NCBI GenBank assembly: GCA_903919315.1
Contig: CAIXHP010000023.1
Coordinates: forward strand, 30,031 to 94,030
Origin: an uncultured Pseudomonadota bacterium
Lineage (GTDB): Bacteria; Pseudomonadota; Alphaproteobacteria; UBA9219
Reading direction: 5' to 3'
DNA length: 64,000 nucleotides
Shown here: piece by piece, positions 61,548 through 64,000 of the stretch
Numbering within the stretch: the first letter of the stretch is position 1
Layout: the number at the start of each line of letters is the position of its first letter
Notes under the pieces: generated by a model
The model's database searches: none
What the model saw: the letters and a program-made list of their open reading frames with translations, nothing else
Told to the model about the DNA's origin: nothing
Translations under genes and position numbers: made by a program

Positions 61548-61895
61548 ATGATTCATGAATCGATCATGCAGCGCACGGAGGATTGCCACCACCATCGTCG
61601 GCACAGGCAAGGTGGTTCGCAACCTGTGGTCAGGTTGCTGCGCGTAATGCGGCGGCCCGGAAAAGTAGGCACGGCATCGGATGGGCTCACATCGGCGCGG
61701 GCGCTGTTCGAGCAGAGGATAAGAGAGCTCGAATATCATCGTGATGAGCTTTCCGACCGGATCTTGCAGGTGAAAGAGGCCGAAGCCAACAGGCTGGATG
61801 CCGAAAAACAGAAGGCTGCCTTGGCGCGAGAGGCTGCCAAAAAAAGCGCCGTTTTAGGAAGAACCAGTCGGTCAAGTACTGGAAACTCATCGTGA
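61548..61895 (+). CDS. hypothetical coiled-coil protein
   Basis: AGGAGA RBS before ATG 61548. Confidence 0.45.
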   Translation: MIHESIMQRTEDCHHHRRHRQGGSQPVVRLLRVMRRPGKVGTASDGLTSARALFEQRIRELEYHRDELSDRILQVKEAEANRLDAEKQKAALAREAAKKSAVLGRTSRSSTGNSS

Positions 61896-62614
61896 TGGCG
61901 GACGTGGCAAAGGTTCGCGCCCGTCGCAATGCCGCTCTTGTTGAAACGCTCTCTCGGTTTTTCAAGAACGGGCGGACGGTTCAACGTTATCCCGGCATCG
62001 GCAGTCAGGCCGGAACGCTCTTCCGCCGTTTCACGACAGCCGTGTCATCGTGGAGCGATGACCGCCGTGCTCTGCGTAATATCAACCAAGAAAGGGTCGC
62101 GAGTCTGAAACAAGATAGAGATAGAACAATCGCCGCTCTCCCACAGAAGATCGAAGCGGCCTTTACGGCTGACTTGGAAACAAGATGCCATCGCAATAAT
62201 CTGAGTCAGGCCGAACGATACGATCAAATAGTTGCAGTCAGAGACAAGGCAGAAATCTTGCGCCAAATGGTTTGTAGGGAGCGGGCCATCGTCGAACGGA
62301 TGCATGAAGCTGCTTTGCGGCGACACAAGGAGTCTATAGATTTCCAAATGGCGGCGACCCGGACTACGCTGCGACGAGAGGTTGTTGGAGTCGCTGTCGG
62401 GACGGGGCAGGCCATGCTCAACTCCTTCCGGAACGCCGTCGAACCAGTGGTATTGCCCGTTGTGTCATCCCTAGTAGGGACGGCTCGATCCATGGCGGTA
62501 ACGATCACCACAGCGAACAGGCATGTGCGAGCGTTGAAGCGGAATGGTTTGGCCGAGAAACACCGAATCGTGCAGTTCGATTTGTGGGTTGCGGCGGGGC
62601 CCCGTCCAGCCTAA
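61892..62614 (+). CDS. hypothetical protein
   Basis: 240-aa ORF ATGA-coupled to the upstream gene; followed by a terminator. Confidence 0.5.
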   Translation: MMADVAKVRARRNAALVETLSRFFKNGRTVQRYPGIGSQAGTLFRRFTTAVSSWSDDRRALRNINQERVASLKQDRDRTIAALPQKIEAAFTADLETRCHRNNLSQAERYDQIVAVRDKAEILRQMVCRERAIVERMHEAALRRHKESIDFQMAATRTTLRREVVGVAVGTGQAMLNSFRNAVEPVVLPVVSSLVGTARSMAVTITTANRHVRALKRNGLAEKHRIVQFDLWVAAGPRPA

Positions 62615-62617
62615 CAG

Positions 62618-62662
62618 ATCATCTCTCCTCTTTCCCCCTTTGGGGAAAGAGGGCTTTTTTTG
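62618..62662 (+). terminator. rho-independent terminator
   Basis: CTCTTTCCCC-CTTTG-GGGAAAGAG hairpin followed by TTTTTTTG. Confidence 0.75.
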
Positions 62663-62680
62663 TCCGCCCGGAAAGTCCTC

Positions 62681-62971
62681 ATGGCCATTATCACCGAACA
62701 CGAATTCGTCGCCAGTGAAGACGGCGAACTGGCGTTGATCATTGAGGCGCTTGACGACGCGATCACCGAGCTTCCGACTCTGGTCGTCGTGCGCGCCGAG
62801 GCCACGGCCAGCCTCAATCTGGGGGCGGAAGCCTCGCACGACATCGTTGGGATCAATCCCGATGTGCTGGAGCGGTTGTGCGGCGCGGAAAGCTTGCTGG
62901 TCGTAGAACTCAAGGGCGATGCCGTCCATCGCACCTACGATGCCGTCGTCGGTGTGGACGAGACTGAGTAG
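62681..62971 (+). CDS. hypothetical protein
   Basis: ORF 62660..62971; acidic small protein; convergent with miaA. Confidence 0.4.
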   Translation: MAIITEHEFVASEDGELALIIEALDDAITELPTLVVVRAEATASLNLGAEASHDIVGINPDVLERLCGAESLLVVELKGDAVHRTYDAVVGVDETE

Positions 62972-63855
62972 TCCCCGCCGTCCTCCCGCCACTGATTCCG
63001 AAACCATGTCATCTGGCGTTTGGCGTAGTTGCGCGTGGCTTGTTGCGCTTGGGCGACCGCGTCGGCGCGGGAGACTTCGCCGCGCAGATACGCCGCCAGT
63101 TCGCGCACGCCGAGAATCTTCATCGCGGGCAGATCGGGATCAAGCGAACGGTCGAGCAGCGCCCGAACTTCCTCAAGCGCCCCGCGCTCCATCATGCGCT
63201 CAAAGCGCCGGTCGCAAGCGGCGTAAAGCTCCTCGCGCGGCGGCAGAAGCAGGATGCGGCGCACGGCAAAGGCGGAAACCGGCCCTGCGCCGTCTTGCGC
63301 TTGCCCCGCTCCGTTCTGCCAATAGCCAAGCGGTTGCCCTGTGTGTTGCGCCACTTCAAAAGCGCGGATCAGACGTTGCCGATCATTGGGCTTAATCCGC
63401 GCGGCGCTTGAAGGATCGAGTGTGGCGAGGCGGGAACGAAAGGCCGCTTCGCCCATATGCTCGTAGAGTGCCTGAACCTCCGCCCGCACCGCGTCGGGGA
63501 TCGGCGGTATCGCGGCGAGGCCGTCGGTCAGAGCCTTAAAATACAACCCCGTCCCGCCGACCAAAATCGGCGTGCGCCCCGCCTCGGCGCAGCGGCGCAG
63601 AGCGGCTTCGGCCAAGGCAAGCCATTTTCCGGCGGAAGAACGCTCGGCAGGGTCATAGACTTCATACAATTCGTGCGGCGCGGCGCGTTTGTCCTCCGCC
63701 TCCGGCTGCGCCGTCAGGAGGGGTAGTCCGGCATAAACCTGCATCGCGTCGGCGTTGATGATAACGCCGTTCATGCGCCGCGCCGCCTCCAGCGCGCGCG
63801 CCGACTTGCCCGAAGCCGTCGGGCCGCCGATAAGGATGAGGGGCGGTTTGGTCAT
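62935..63855 (-). CDS. miaA: tRNA dimethylallyltransferase
   Basis: P-loop ILIGGPTASGKSA; MiaA architecture. Confidence 0.9.
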   Translation of the reverse strand: MTKPPLILIGGPTASGKSARALEAARRMNGVIINADAMQVYAGLPLLTAQPEAEDKRAAPHELYEVYDPAERSSAGKWLALAEAALRRCAEAGRTPILVGGTGLYFKALTDGLAAIPPIPDAVRAEVQALYEHMGEAAFRSRLATLDPSSAARIKPNDRQRLIRAFEVAQHTGQPLGYWQNGAGQAQDGAGPVSAFAVRRILLLPPREELYAACDRRFERMMERGALEEVRALLDRSLDPDLPAMKILGVRELAAYLRGEVSRADAVAQAQQATRNYAKRQMTWFRNQWREDGGDYSVSSTPTTAS

Positions 63856-63952
63856 GGGCCGCAGCCTATCAGGCCGGAACGCCTAGCAAAATGCCCATTT
63901 GTAGCGGACGGCATCCTTTGATAGGTTAAGGCTTCCACAGAGGAGAACGACA

Positions 63953-64000
63953 ATGGGTTTAAGTCTCTGGCATATCGCCATCGTGCTGTTGGTCGTGCTG
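63953..64000 (+). CDS. tatA: twin-arginine translocase TatA/E family subunit, 5' fragment
   Basis: MGLSLWHIAIVLLVVL after a GAGGAGAA RBS; truncated by window end. Confidence 0.6.
   Translation, partial: MGLSLWHIAIVLLVVL

Overview
High-GC (about 60%) alphaproteobacterial DNA; Acetobacteraceae/Rhodospirillales-like is a guess from gene content only. Positions 1 to about 32330 are the right-hand part of a lambda-like temperate prophage; its left end lies outside the window. From left to right the prophage carries: a tail gene truncated at the window edge, a complete lambda-type head module (TerS, TerL, gpW, portal, S49 prohead protease, decoration protein, E-family major capsid), a block of small rightward genes (including DUF3489), and a long leftward early operon. 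The early operon holds two tandem ParB-domain/DNA methyltransferase fusions, a C5-cytosine MTase, a PAPS-reductase-like protein, an SF2 helicase whose Walker A motif is interrupted by a 343-aa LAGLIDADG intein, a Sak4-like ATPase with its DUF669 partner, RuvC, a Cas4-like nuclease, a Toprim primase/helicase and a Cro-like regulator. After that come a divergent CI-like repressor, low-GC cargo genes, a DUF2924 + large serine recombinase pair, more low-GC cargo, and a tRNA-Ser(GGA). Two repeat arrays sit in the early operon: an iteron-like cluster of about 12 copies of AGATTCAC (about 11 GANTC sites in 200 bp) downstream of the primase gene, and a roughly 480-bp array of spaced inverted repeats. 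The remainder (32.4 to 64 kb) is housekeeping chromosome: dapF, PRC-barrel protein, a collagen-like GXT-repeat lipoprotein, DUF3309, Crp/Fnr, STAS, an MCP, argB, a GNAT gene plus two tandem AstE/AspA-family paralogues, two membrane genes (GT87-like and an unknown multi-TM protein) immediately downstream of gyrB, pfk, purK/purE, a GGDEF-like protein, YqgE, prfB with its canonical +1 frameshift site, miaA and a partial tatA. Two REP-like hairpin families are present: an inverted hairpin pair at 37.4 kb and about 3.7 tandem copies of a 146-bp unit at 58.6 to 59.1 kb.
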